53,376 nt of DNA. Origin: Patescibacteria group bacterium (lineage in GTDB: Bacteria > Patescibacteriota > Minisyncoccia > UBA6257 > JACRHW01). The DNA is taken from the NCBI GenBank assembly GCA_028865725.1, contig JAGWJP010000001.1:1-53376 (forward strand). The letters are read 5' to 3'. Under the pieces are notes generated by a model. The model was not told where the DNA came from, did no database searches, and saw nothing but the letters and a program-made list of their open reading frames with translations. A program made the position numbers and the translations under genes. Shown here piece by piece: positions 34,586-42,263 of this stretch. Positions within the stretch are counted from its first letter, which is position 1; each line of letters opens with the position of its first letter.

Positions 34586-36262
34586 ATGTCAGATAGTGAA
34601 AAAGAAGGTGGGGCAGTCGCTGAGATTATTGAGGCAGTCGTAGAAAAAGTCGAACTTTTTCATGACCAAGACAGCAATGGCTACGCATTAGTTATTGGAG
34701 ATGGGAACGTTATGAGGATCGGGTCTTCCGAATTTTCAAATTATGTTTCCTATATAGCATGGGAATGTGTCAATAAAGCTCTTACAACATATGCACGCGA
34801 TGCGGTGATAGCTACTCTCGAAGCAAAAGCGCGTTATGAGGGTGATTCATATAACCTTTCTATTAGGACAGCATGGCATGAAAATGCACTTTGGTATGAC
34901 CTTGGAAAAAAGGCAGTACGAATTGATGAAACGGGATGGAAAATTATTGATGAGCCACCCATCTTATTCAAAAGGTTTTCGCATCAGTTACCGCAAACAG
35001 AACCTGTTTCAGGTGGTGTTATGAATGATGTTTTAAGATTTCTAAACATTCCGCTTGTGGGCGAGGAGAGAGATGAAATGTCGATATTAATTTTAACCTA
35101 TCTTGTTTCTGTACTTATTCCTGACGTTCCTAGACCAGTACTTGTGATACATGGTCTTCCTGGTGCGGCGAAATCGACATTTTTCAAGGTTATTAAGAGT
35201 CTTATTGATCCTTCACAGCTTGAAACAATGACGTATCCGAGGGATTCTGTTCAATTGATACAAATTCTTTCGCATCACTTTTCTATTTTTTTCGACAATA
35301 TTTCCGAGCTTGATGATTGGCAGTCCGATGAACTTTGCAAGGCCGTTACCGGACATGCATTTAGTAAACGAAAACTTTTTACGGACGATGATGACATTAT
35401 GTATAGATATAAGCGCGCTCTCGGGCTTAACGGAATCAACCTTGTTACTACGAGGTCTGATTTGCTGGATCGTTCGCTTATCTTCGAACTTCAACCGATT
35501 TCAGGAGGAAAACGTCTTATTGAGGAAGCGTTTTGGAACGAGTTTGTCGAGGAGAGACCGAAATTGCTAGGTGCTTTATTTTCAACGGTTTCTCTGGCGA
35601 TGAAATTCAAAAAAGAAGGAAAGGTTGTTTTAAGGAAAAAACCGAGGCTTGCAGACTATGCATTGTGGGCAGGGGCTGCTTCGTTAGCGCTTGGTTACAC
35701 CGTTGAATATTACGAAAATGCGCTCGCAAAAAATATAGATAAACAGAACGAAGAAGCGATTGATTCAAGTCCTATTGCACTCGTGGTGCTGGATTACATG
35801 GAAAGGCACAAGGTAGGAGTAGAAGTTAAGATGAGTTCAAAACAATGGTTCGATGTGCTGTTGGAAAGGGCGAAGGATCTTGGGTTTGAGAAAGATAAAG
35901 AATTTCCAAAGACACAAGGATGGCTTTGGCGCAAAATAAAACCCGTTAAAGCAAACCTCAAGAATATTGGTATAGATACAGAATATTTCAGTAAAGAGCG
36001 TCCGCGACAAATTGCCATAAAAAAGAACGCGAAGATTTCTAGTGGCAATACTGTCATAAATAGTACGAATCAATTTGGCATTGATATGACAGTAAGGACA
36101 GTAGAGACACCAATTTCTACGGAACCACCTAAAGGAGTAATTACTGTTGTTGAATATGAATCTGGCGAAGAACCGGAGGATGTAGGGAATGATAATAACT
36201 ATGATGATAAAAGTACGGAAGATTACGATTTGGATTCATACGATGAGGGTCAGTATATATAA
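34586..36262 (+). CDS. P-loop NTPase of the phage/plasmid primase-helicase (SF3/D5-like) kind; probable element replication protein
   Basis: Walker A VIHGLPGAAKST and Walker B-like SIFFDNISELD. The size and the acidic C-terminal tail are typical of integrative-element replication proteins. The family assignment is inference. Confidence 0.55.
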   Translation: MSDSEKEGGAVAEIIEAVVEKVELFHDQDSNGYALVIGDGNVMRIGSSEFSNYVSYIAWECVNKALTTYARDAVIATLEAKARYEGDSYNLSIRTAWHENALWYDLGKKAVRIDETGWKIIDEPPILFKRFSHQLPQTEPVSGGVMNDVLRFLNIPLVGEERDEMSILILTYLVSVLIPDVPRPVLVIHGLPGAAKSTFFKVIKSLIDPSQLETMTYPRDSVQLIQILSHHFSIFFDNISELDDWQSDELCKAVTGHAFSKRKLFTDDDDIMYRYKRALGLNGINLVTTRSDLLDRSLIFELQPISGGKRLIEEAFWNEFVEERPKLLGALFSTVSLAMKFKKEGKVVLRKKPRLADYALWAGAASLALGYTVEYYENALAKNIDKQNEEAIDSSPIALVVLDYMERHKVGVEVKMSSKQWFDVLLERAKDLGFEKDKEFPKTQGWLWRKIKPVKANLKNIGIDTEYFSKERPRQIAIKKNAKISSGNTVINSTNQFGIDMTVRTVETPISTEPPKGVITVVEYESGEEPEDVGNDNNYDDKSTEDYDLDSYDEGQYI

Positions 36263-36421
36263 ATTGAAAAGGCGCTTGTAATTGACAATCTGCTGTTTAC
36301 GTTTTCTGGTAAGTATGGAAGATTAAGAAAAACACCATGTTATATCAGATAAAAAGATATTGCGTTCACGCGTTACCTTCCGTAATTTGTGGATTCTGCG
36401 AGAAAGAGCGTCAAAAAAACT

Positions 36422-36559
36422 ATGGAAGACAGTATTCTCATAGAACGAGAAAAAAGAGAGGACGACATGCTCGAAAAAATCGCGCGCGTCATGCTTCTCA
36501 TAGCGGAGTTTCAAAGAAAGAAGGAAGAAGAAATTAACAATAACGATAACAATTTATAA
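36422..36559 (+). CDS. Possible 45-aa ORF abutting the recombinase start (accessory/RDF candidate)
   Basis: Encodes MEDSILIEREKREDDMLEKIARVMLLIAEFQRKKEEEINNNDNNL*. The stop lies 1 nt before the recombinase ATG. Its composition looks more protein-like than the two overlapping track ORFs. Confidence 0.3.
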   Translation: MEDSILIEREKREDDMLEKIARVMLLIAEFQRKKEEEINNNDNNL

Positions 36560-36560
36560 T

Positions 36561-38114
36561 ATGCGCGCATTAATTTATTTGAGAGTTTCAAGTGAAGGGC
36601 AGGCGAGAAAGGAAAATCCTATTTCTACTCAAAAGAACGCTTGTTTGGAATTTGCGCGCAGGAATGGATATGACGTTGATGAGGCACAGGACATATATAT
36701 AGATGCGGGCATTAGCGGACGATCGACAAAAAGTAGAATTGCATATCAAGCGATTATGGAACGGATGAAAACAGACAAAAATGTTGTCGGCATCGTTGCA
36801 TACGATACGAGTCGTATTTCAAGAAATCTAATGGTCTATCTGCAATTTAAGGAACAGTTGAATAAATACGGCAAGAAATTTTTTTCCATTACGGAACCTC
36901 ACTTTAATGACGATAATCCAGTATCAAAACTTATGGAAAATATGTTGGCGAGTTTTGCCGAATTTCGTTCTGGACAGGATGGAGAAAAAATTAGTGCGGC
37001 GATGAAACAAAAAGCGGAGTCAGGTCTTTATGTCGGCCTGGCTCCTTATGGGTACAAGAATGTAAGGGGACAAGACTATGGAGGAAAGGAAAAACGATGG
37101 ATTGAAACAAACCCTATAACCGCACCAATCGTTAAAGAAATCTTTGCAATGTATACGACGGGACGTTATTCGTTGCAACAGGTAGCGGATGAATTAAATA
37201 GGAAAGGATACGCTACCTCGAACAAAAAACCATGGGTTACAAGTTCTGTGGAGAAGATTCTTAAAAACAAGGCGTATATAGGTCATATCATTTGGGGCGG
37301 CGTAACCAACCCTCATGGCCAGCACGAGAAATTTGTAGACGAGGAAACCTTCTATAAAGTACAGGCATTAATGAGAGCTCGCAATTTTGGAGCAAACAAG
37401 ATGAGAAAGCATACCTTTATTCTTCGAGGGTTTTCCTCTTGCGGGGAATGCGGAAGCAGAATCACGGGAGCATATCATACGAAACCAAATGGAATGAAGT
37501 ATTCATATTATCAATGTCAACGAAGACAGCATGCGAAACCTGTTTCATGCAAGCAATCTGTTGTCGCTATCGAAGAATTAGAAAAACAGTTGCTTAAACT
37601 GATTAAGACCATTCAAATACCCCATTCAACCGCATTGCGTTTGGAGGAGAAGATAAAACAGGTGGTTCAAAAAGACAAAGGACCCACCGATGACATGAGA
37701 AAATCGTTGGTCATTCAGTTAGAAAATATTGCAGGAAAAAAGAAATCTTCCCTTGAAAAATATGTGGAGGGGAATATCAGCGATGATGCCTACCGTACCT
37801 TCAAACTGGATTTAGAAGCAAGGGAGCTTCAATTGAAGGCTCAATTAGAAAAAGTAGACGACACCATTTCAGGCATTGTAGCGCAAATAGAAACCGCAAT
37901 TGGACTCGCGAGAAACTGCTATAAAACGTATAAAACTGCCTCCTATGAACAAAAAATTCTGCTTGCGCAGACATTCTTTGAGAAGGTTATCATTAAGGAT
38001 CGTACCATCCAAAATGCCTTTCTAAATCACCCATTTGCCTATATTTGCCAAGAGAAGGCGAAGGCGAAAAGGGAGTTCCAATATCAGTATACTGGTGGAA
38101 ACGGCGGGAGTTGA
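36561..38114 (+). CDS. Large serine recombinase (integrase)
   Basis: MRALIYLRVSSEGQ catalytic-Ser resolvase domain, a recombinase domain, the zinc ribbon CGECGSRITG...YYQCQRRQH...C, and a coiled-coil region. The last 22 nt overlap the tmRNA 3' end on the opposite strand. Confidence 0.9.
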   Translation: MRALIYLRVSSEGQARKENPISTQKNACLEFARRNGYDVDEAQDIYIDAGISGRSTKSRIAYQAIMERMKTDKNVVGIVAYDTSRISRNLMVYLQFKEQLNKYGKKFFSITEPHFNDDNPVSKLMENMLASFAEFRSGQDGEKISAAMKQKAESGLYVGLAPYGYKNVRGQDYGGKEKRWIETNPITAPIVKEIFAMYTTGRYSLQQVADELNRKGYATSNKKPWVTSSVEKILKNKAYIGHIIWGGVTNPHGQHEKFVDEETFYKVQALMRARNFGANKMRKHTFILRGFSSCGECGSRITGAYHTKPNGMKYSYYQCQRRQHAKPVSCKQSVVAIEELEKQLLKLIKTIQIPHSTALRLEEKIKQVVQKDKGPTDDMRKSLVIQLENIAGKKKSSLEKYVEGNISDDAYRTFKLDLEARELQLKAQLEKVDDTISGIVAQIETAIGLARNCYKTYKTASYEQKILLAQTFFEKVIIKDRTIQNAFLNHPFAYICQEKAKAKREFQYQYTGGNGGS

Positions 38115-38451
38115 ACCCGCATCCAAGTAGGTTGACTCATTACTTCTACAGAATCCTAGTTAATTTAGTAGTACACGTTATGCTTGAAAATTAACAAAAC
38201 ACAAAACGCACGCGCTTCGTTAGTGTCGTGGTGTGCGGTGAAGCTCAAGTCCTCACACCATCTATCTCGATGTATGAAGCCCCTGTCTCGTATCGAGCGT
38301 AAGAGAAGGGACTACCCGACATTAAGCAAATGCCAATGCGGGTTGCCTATTAGATAAGTTGGCAGTTATGACTTTGCCTGTTGTTCGAAGGTGCAAGCAA
38401 ACCCTATTCAGCGTAATGATTCGCGAATACTTGTCGAAGCCCAGCGTTCCC
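38093..38451 (-). ncRNA. ssrA: tmRNA (SsrA), one-piece
   Basis: 5' GGGAACGCUGGGCUUCGAC and 3' GGAUGCGGGUUCAACUCCCGCCGUUUCCACCA. The acceptor stem has G3:U70. The tag reading frame GCC AAC ... GCU UAA (38363-38322) encodes ANLSNRQPALAFA*. smpB is adjacent. Confidence 0.9.
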
Positions 38452-38592
38452 ATTGGAAACCTTCTGTTTGGCGAGCTTCTTTATCGCTAAACTCTGATAC
38501 TCCTTCACCGTATTTTGAATACGGCTCAGTCCGTTTCTCGTTTGCTTCGTATATTTCGTGCAAACAAGAATCTTTCAAATTTGTATAGTAAT

Positions 38593-39027
38593 TTATAATT
38601 TTCGAAGATCGCGACGAACCTGTTCTTTTTCTATTTTTTCGCGCTTGTCATACTTCTTTTTGCCCCGCGCGAGCGCGAATTCAAGCTTGATGCGCGGTCC
38701 TTTAGTATAAACACGGAGCGGTACTAATGTCAATCCTTTCTCCTGTGTTTTGCCAAAAAGATGGAGCAGTTCTTTTTTATTGATCAAGAGTTTCCGCGTC
38801 TGCGTTGGGTCGTAGTCTTTCGGTGTGTTCGCGGGCTGGAAGGCGCCGATGTGCGCGTTTATGAGATACAGCTCTCCACCAAGGATTTTGACGTAGCTTC
38901 CTTTGAGGCTCATCATATGCTCGTGGATTGCTTTTACTTCAAACCCCTGCAATACCAAACCCGCCTCATATTTTTCAATGAGTTCATAATCGTAGAAAGC
39001 TTTTGGGTTTTCTGCTAGACTTGGCAT
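38593..39027 (-). CDS. smpB: SsrA-binding protein SmpB
   Basis: ENPKAFYDYELIEKYEAGLVLQGFEVKAI...RKLLINKKEL...PLRVY. The start is taken at MPSLAEN. Confidence 0.9.
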   Translation of the reverse strand: MPSLAENPKAFYDYELIEKYEAGLVLQGFEVKAIHEHMMSLKGSYVKILGGELYLINAHIGAFQPANTPKDYDPTQTRKLLINKKELLHLFGKTQEKGLTLVPLRVYTKGPRIKLEFALARGKKKYDKREKIEKEQVRRDLRKL

Positions 39028-39075
39028 ATAGGCAGTGTATACTCTATACCACACCTTTTATTGTATTGTAATCCA

Positions 39076-40821
39076 ATGAAAACCCCAAAAGAAATAATCC
39101 ATACGCTTCTGGTCCAGGCTTTTGAATTTAAAAATCGTGAGGAAAATCAAACCTGGAGACCAGAAAATATGAATATTAAAATTATGCCTACGGATAGGCG
39201 TTTTGGGGATTATTCAGCTTCGTTTTTGAAAGGTATCGCGCACGGTACGGAAACCGAAGAAGAGATCTTTCGTGGATTTATTGAGGATGGATGGAATAAG
39301 ATGGATTCTGATGAGAAAAAGTACGTAGAGCCTCTTTCTGCGGAATCATTTAAATCAGGCTTCATCAACTTCAGAATGAGCGATCGTTTCTATGAGGATG
39401 CGTTCAAGGAATCAGATACGTGGAGCAAGGGGAATGAAGGAGCGGGAAAAACGGTTATCCTTGATTATTTTCAATTGAATATCGCGAAAGAGCCTCACGT
39501 GGGTCACTTACGTTCTGCGGTGATTGGAGACGCGTTAAAGCGTGTTCTTTTGGCGCGAGGGTATCGCACGATTGCTGACACGCACGTAGGGGATTGGGGC
39601 ACACAGTTTGGTATTTTGCTCTATGCCTACAAAAAAGCGATTGCAGGAAAGAGCAAAAAGATCGACGAAATAAAAGACAATCCTTTTGTTGCTTTGCAGG
39701 AACTTTATGTATTGGCCAACGAAGAGGAGGACGTGCACGAAAAAGGAAAAGCGGAGTTTGCGAAATTGGAACAAGGGGATTCAGAGAACCGCGCTATTTG
39801 GGAGTGGATGGTGGATATTTCTATGAAGAAGCTGGGGGACAATGCCGCGCGCTTGGACCTCTTGCCGTTTGAAGAGCATCGAGGGGAGAGTGTCTATGAG
39901 AGTGCCATGCCTCCGATTGTAGAAGAGGCACTTAGAACGGGAATTGCAAAAAAAACGGACGACGGAGCTGTGGTGGTGGATTTAAGCGAAGAAGGCTTAG
40001 ATGAAGCGGTGCTCGTAAAGTCTGATGGTGCGACTACTTACCTTCTGCGTGATCTCGCGACGATCAAATATCGTGTGAGTGCATATCATTTTTGGAAAAA
40101 CTTGTATGTGGTAGACAATCGTCAATCACATCATTTTCGCCAAGTATTCCGAGTTGCGGAGCTTTTAGGGTTTGAGGGCGTGGGTGCAAGCGAACACATC
40201 GAATTTGGATTTATGAAGTTGCCAGAAGGCGCTATGAGCACACGCAAGGGGACCGTGGTGTTGCTCGAGGCGGTGCTCGATGAAGCGGAGCGACGCGCAC
40301 GTGCGGTAATTCAAGAAAAAAATCCCGGGCTCCATAATAAGGAAGCGGTTGCAAGGTCGGTTGGCCTCGGCGCAATTAAGTTCTTTGATCTTTCGCATAA
40401 CCGCAAGTCAGATATTGTATTCCGTTTTGAGGACGCACTTTCTTTTGAAGGGAGAACCGGCCCTTATATTCAATACACTCACGCGCGCCTGAAGAGTATC
40501 TTGCGTAAGAGTACCGACGAAATTCTCGACCACTTTAGCGTGCATGCTGCACTTGATACTAAAGAGCGTGAGTTGTTGCTCCACTCGGTACAGCTCGCTG
40601 AAGTATTACAACGCGTAATTGAAGGCTGGTTTCCTCACTTGCTTGCCGACTATCTTTTTGAACTCGCACAAGCTGCAAACGAGTTTTATCATTCGCACCC
40701 CATTCTCACAGAGAAGGATACAGAAAAACGAACCACACTTTTGATGATTGTGCGTGTGGTGGCAAAAACACTTGCAACAGGGCTCGATCTCTTAGGCATT
40801 GAAGCCCCCGATGAGATGTAA
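39076..40821 (+). CDS. argS: Arginyl-tRNA synthetase
   Basis: NIAKEPHVGHLRSAVIGDAL (HIGH region), the YVVDNRQSHHF motif, and a C-terminal anticodon-binding domain ending ...GIEAPDEM. ATG 39076 is preferred over TTG 39061. Confidence 0.9.
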   Translation: MKTPKEIIHTLLVQAFEFKNREENQTWRPENMNIKIMPTDRRFGDYSASFLKGIAHGTETEEEIFRGFIEDGWNKMDSDEKKYVEPLSAESFKSGFINFRMSDRFYEDAFKESDTWSKGNEGAGKTVILDYFQLNIAKEPHVGHLRSAVIGDALKRVLLARGYRTIADTHVGDWGTQFGILLYAYKKAIAGKSKKIDEIKDNPFVALQELYVLANEEEDVHEKGKAEFAKLEQGDSENRAIWEWMVDISMKKLGDNAARLDLLPFEEHRGESVYESAMPPIVEEALRTGIAKKTDDGAVVVDLSEEGLDEAVLVKSDGATTYLLRDLATIKYRVSAYHFWKNLYVVDNRQSHHFRQVFRVAELLGFEGVGASEHIEFGFMKLPEGAMSTRKGTVVLLEAVLDEAERRARAVIQEKNPGLHNKEAVARSVGLGAIKFFDLSHNRKSDIVFRFEDALSFEGRTGPYIQYTHARLKSILRKSTDEILDHFSVHAALDTKERELLLHSVQLAEVLQRVIEGWFPHLLADYLFELAQAANEFYHSHPILTEKDTEKRTTLLMIVRVVAKTLATGLDLLGIEAPDEM

Positions 40822-41077
40822 GTCGAGCTTGTTAGTTTATTAGTGTGTTAAGAATTAGGACGAACTAGTATTCGAACTTGTCCTGAGCTTGCCGAAGGGT
40901 TTCTTTTTGAGGATATATCGATGTAGAGCTTTCAATAAACTTAGGCAATATTTGTGTTTTTGACTCAAGGTTGTGAGGAGATACTTACGCGAATATTGAC
41001 TTCCTAATTGATATGTGATAGTATTTTTTCAGCATCCAAAGGCTACTCTTTGGAGCTTGAAAAGGAGGAGAGTAGTA

Positions 41078-41632
41078 ATGATGAAGTTTATCAAGTTTTT
41101 CGCGCAGCACTGGATTGTTACTGCGGTGTGTGTTTCTCTTGGTATTATTACGATTACTTTTCACAATCCGTTTGCAAAACAGAACGGACAACAGGAAACG
41201 TTTGTTTCTAAATTTAGTGTTCCTGATCGCGCTCCTGATTTTGTGGCCCATTGGATTACACAAGATACGGATGATTCTTTTTGTAATGACGACGTCACTG
41301 TTGTTCTGTGGCATATTTCTTTGCATAACGTGAGTGCAGATGATGCGGTGGCTGATATTCGTACGCATTCCCCTTGGGTGGTGAAGGAAATCTATATGAA
41401 TCAGGATGATTCATGTCACTCGCATGGAAATGTTCTCTTGATGCCGTATCGTGACTGTAATGGAAAAGACGCGGAAGTATTGTTGATCAAGGTAGTTAGT
41501 TATAGTTCTTCCAAAAATTGGCCTCAAGCATGGAATCAGTTTTCAAGACTTGCAAAGGGTAAAAAGGTCATCTTCACGCTTGATTCTGTTGATGATAATA
41601 TTTATCGAATACTGCCGCTTCAATTGCCGTAA
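41078..41632 (+). CDS. Hypothetical N-terminally anchored protein
   Basis: A GGAGG lies upstream of ATGATG at 41078, and an N-terminal hydrophobic segment (WIVTAVCVSLGIITITF) is present. Confidence 0.55.
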   Translation: MMKFIKFFAQHWIVTAVCVSLGIITITFHNPFAKQNGQQETFVSKFSVPDRAPDFVAHWITQDTDDSFCNDDVTVVLWHISLHNVSADDAVADIRTHSPWVVKEIYMNQDDSCHSHGNVLLMPYRDCNGKDAEVLLIKVVSYSSSKNWPQAWNQFSRLAKGKKVIFTLDSVDDNIYRILPLQLP

Positions 41633-41654
41633 GAAATCAATCTTTCATGAATAT

Positions 41655-41676
41655 ACCGAGGAAGCTCGGTTTTTTG
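41655..41676 (+). terminator. Intrinsic terminator
   Basis: ACCGAG-GAAG-CTCGGT followed by TTTTT. Confidence 0.6.
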
Positions 41677-41877
41677 TTTTGCCGCTCGGGGTTGGAGTTT
41701 TCGGGTTTTGGCGTGGAGCAGAAAATGAACTCCCTTTTGGCATATACTTTTGGTTTCTTCGCGTGTTTTTTGATGAGAGCCCAAGAAATCCATCGCGCAA
41801 AGTTGTTTAGCCTCTATGAAATGCTTGTTGAAAGTACGTTAGAACTACTACTTCGACCCCATCTCGTACCAGGTAAA

Positions 41878-41913
41878 TTATCCCCTATCTGACGATCGTC
41901 AGATAGGGGATAA
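41878..41913. repeat. Perfect 36-bp palindrome
   Basis: TTATCCCCTATCTGACGA|TCGTCAGATAGGGGATAA with no spacer; the centre reads CGATCG. Confidence 0.8.
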
Positions 41914-42001
41914 TGATAAATACAATACAATAACGATACGATACAAAACACGCATCAAGTTCTTTTTATTATTCACTTGAATGACCTATGGGTCTGGATT
42001 C

Positions 42002-42025
42002 ATCCCTGATCTTTCGATCAGGGAT
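42002..42025. repeat. 10-bp-stem hairpin/palindrome
   Basis: ATCCCTGATC-TTTC-GATCAGGGAT. The arm sequence resembles the 41878 palindrome (ATCCC..ATC). Confidence 0.75.
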
Positions 42026-42263
42026 TTCTCTCTGAGTTTAATAAAAAGTAGCAAATAGAAAAAATTTGTCCTTGTTATTCCGAATGGCATTGTGAATTTT
42101 TGATTCCCTTATTTATTTTAGAATGCTCCATCACTCATGTGTGATGTGATTGATTGATTTTATGGGCGTTTTTGGCTACTATGTAGTAGCTGTTGGTGTT
42201 TAGAGTTTGTTACAATTATGCCATCAGTGAGAAGCTAATTCTCTAAAAGCTAGCAGTTATTAT

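Larger units (their letters stand above)
25877..38101. mobile_element. Integrative element (about 12.2 kb) in the tmRNA 3' end, serine-recombinase type
   Basis: The element is flanked by 11-bp direct repeats, with a large serine recombinase at the tmRNA-proximal end. The interior is AT-richer and carries R-M and nuclease cargo plus a replication-type P-loop gene. No capsid or terminase genes are present. Confidence 0.75.

Noticed and set aside
36323-36537. Track ORFs 36337-36537 (+) and 36323-36514 (-)
   Set aside because: The Arg/Lys-rich or low-complexity translations are typical of off-frame reading of a purine-rich spacer. A third frame (36422-36559) is more plausible, and I list it at low confidence.
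38391-38588. 65-aa track ORF
   Set aside because: It overlaps the tmRNA 5' end and its upstream region on the opposite strand, and its sequence is not protein-like.
41647-41892. 81-aa and 86-aa track ORFs downstream of the 41078 gene
   Set aside because: Their 5' parts run through the upstream gene's terminator, and no family similarity is seen. An internal-Met 55-aa product cannot be excluded but is unsupported.
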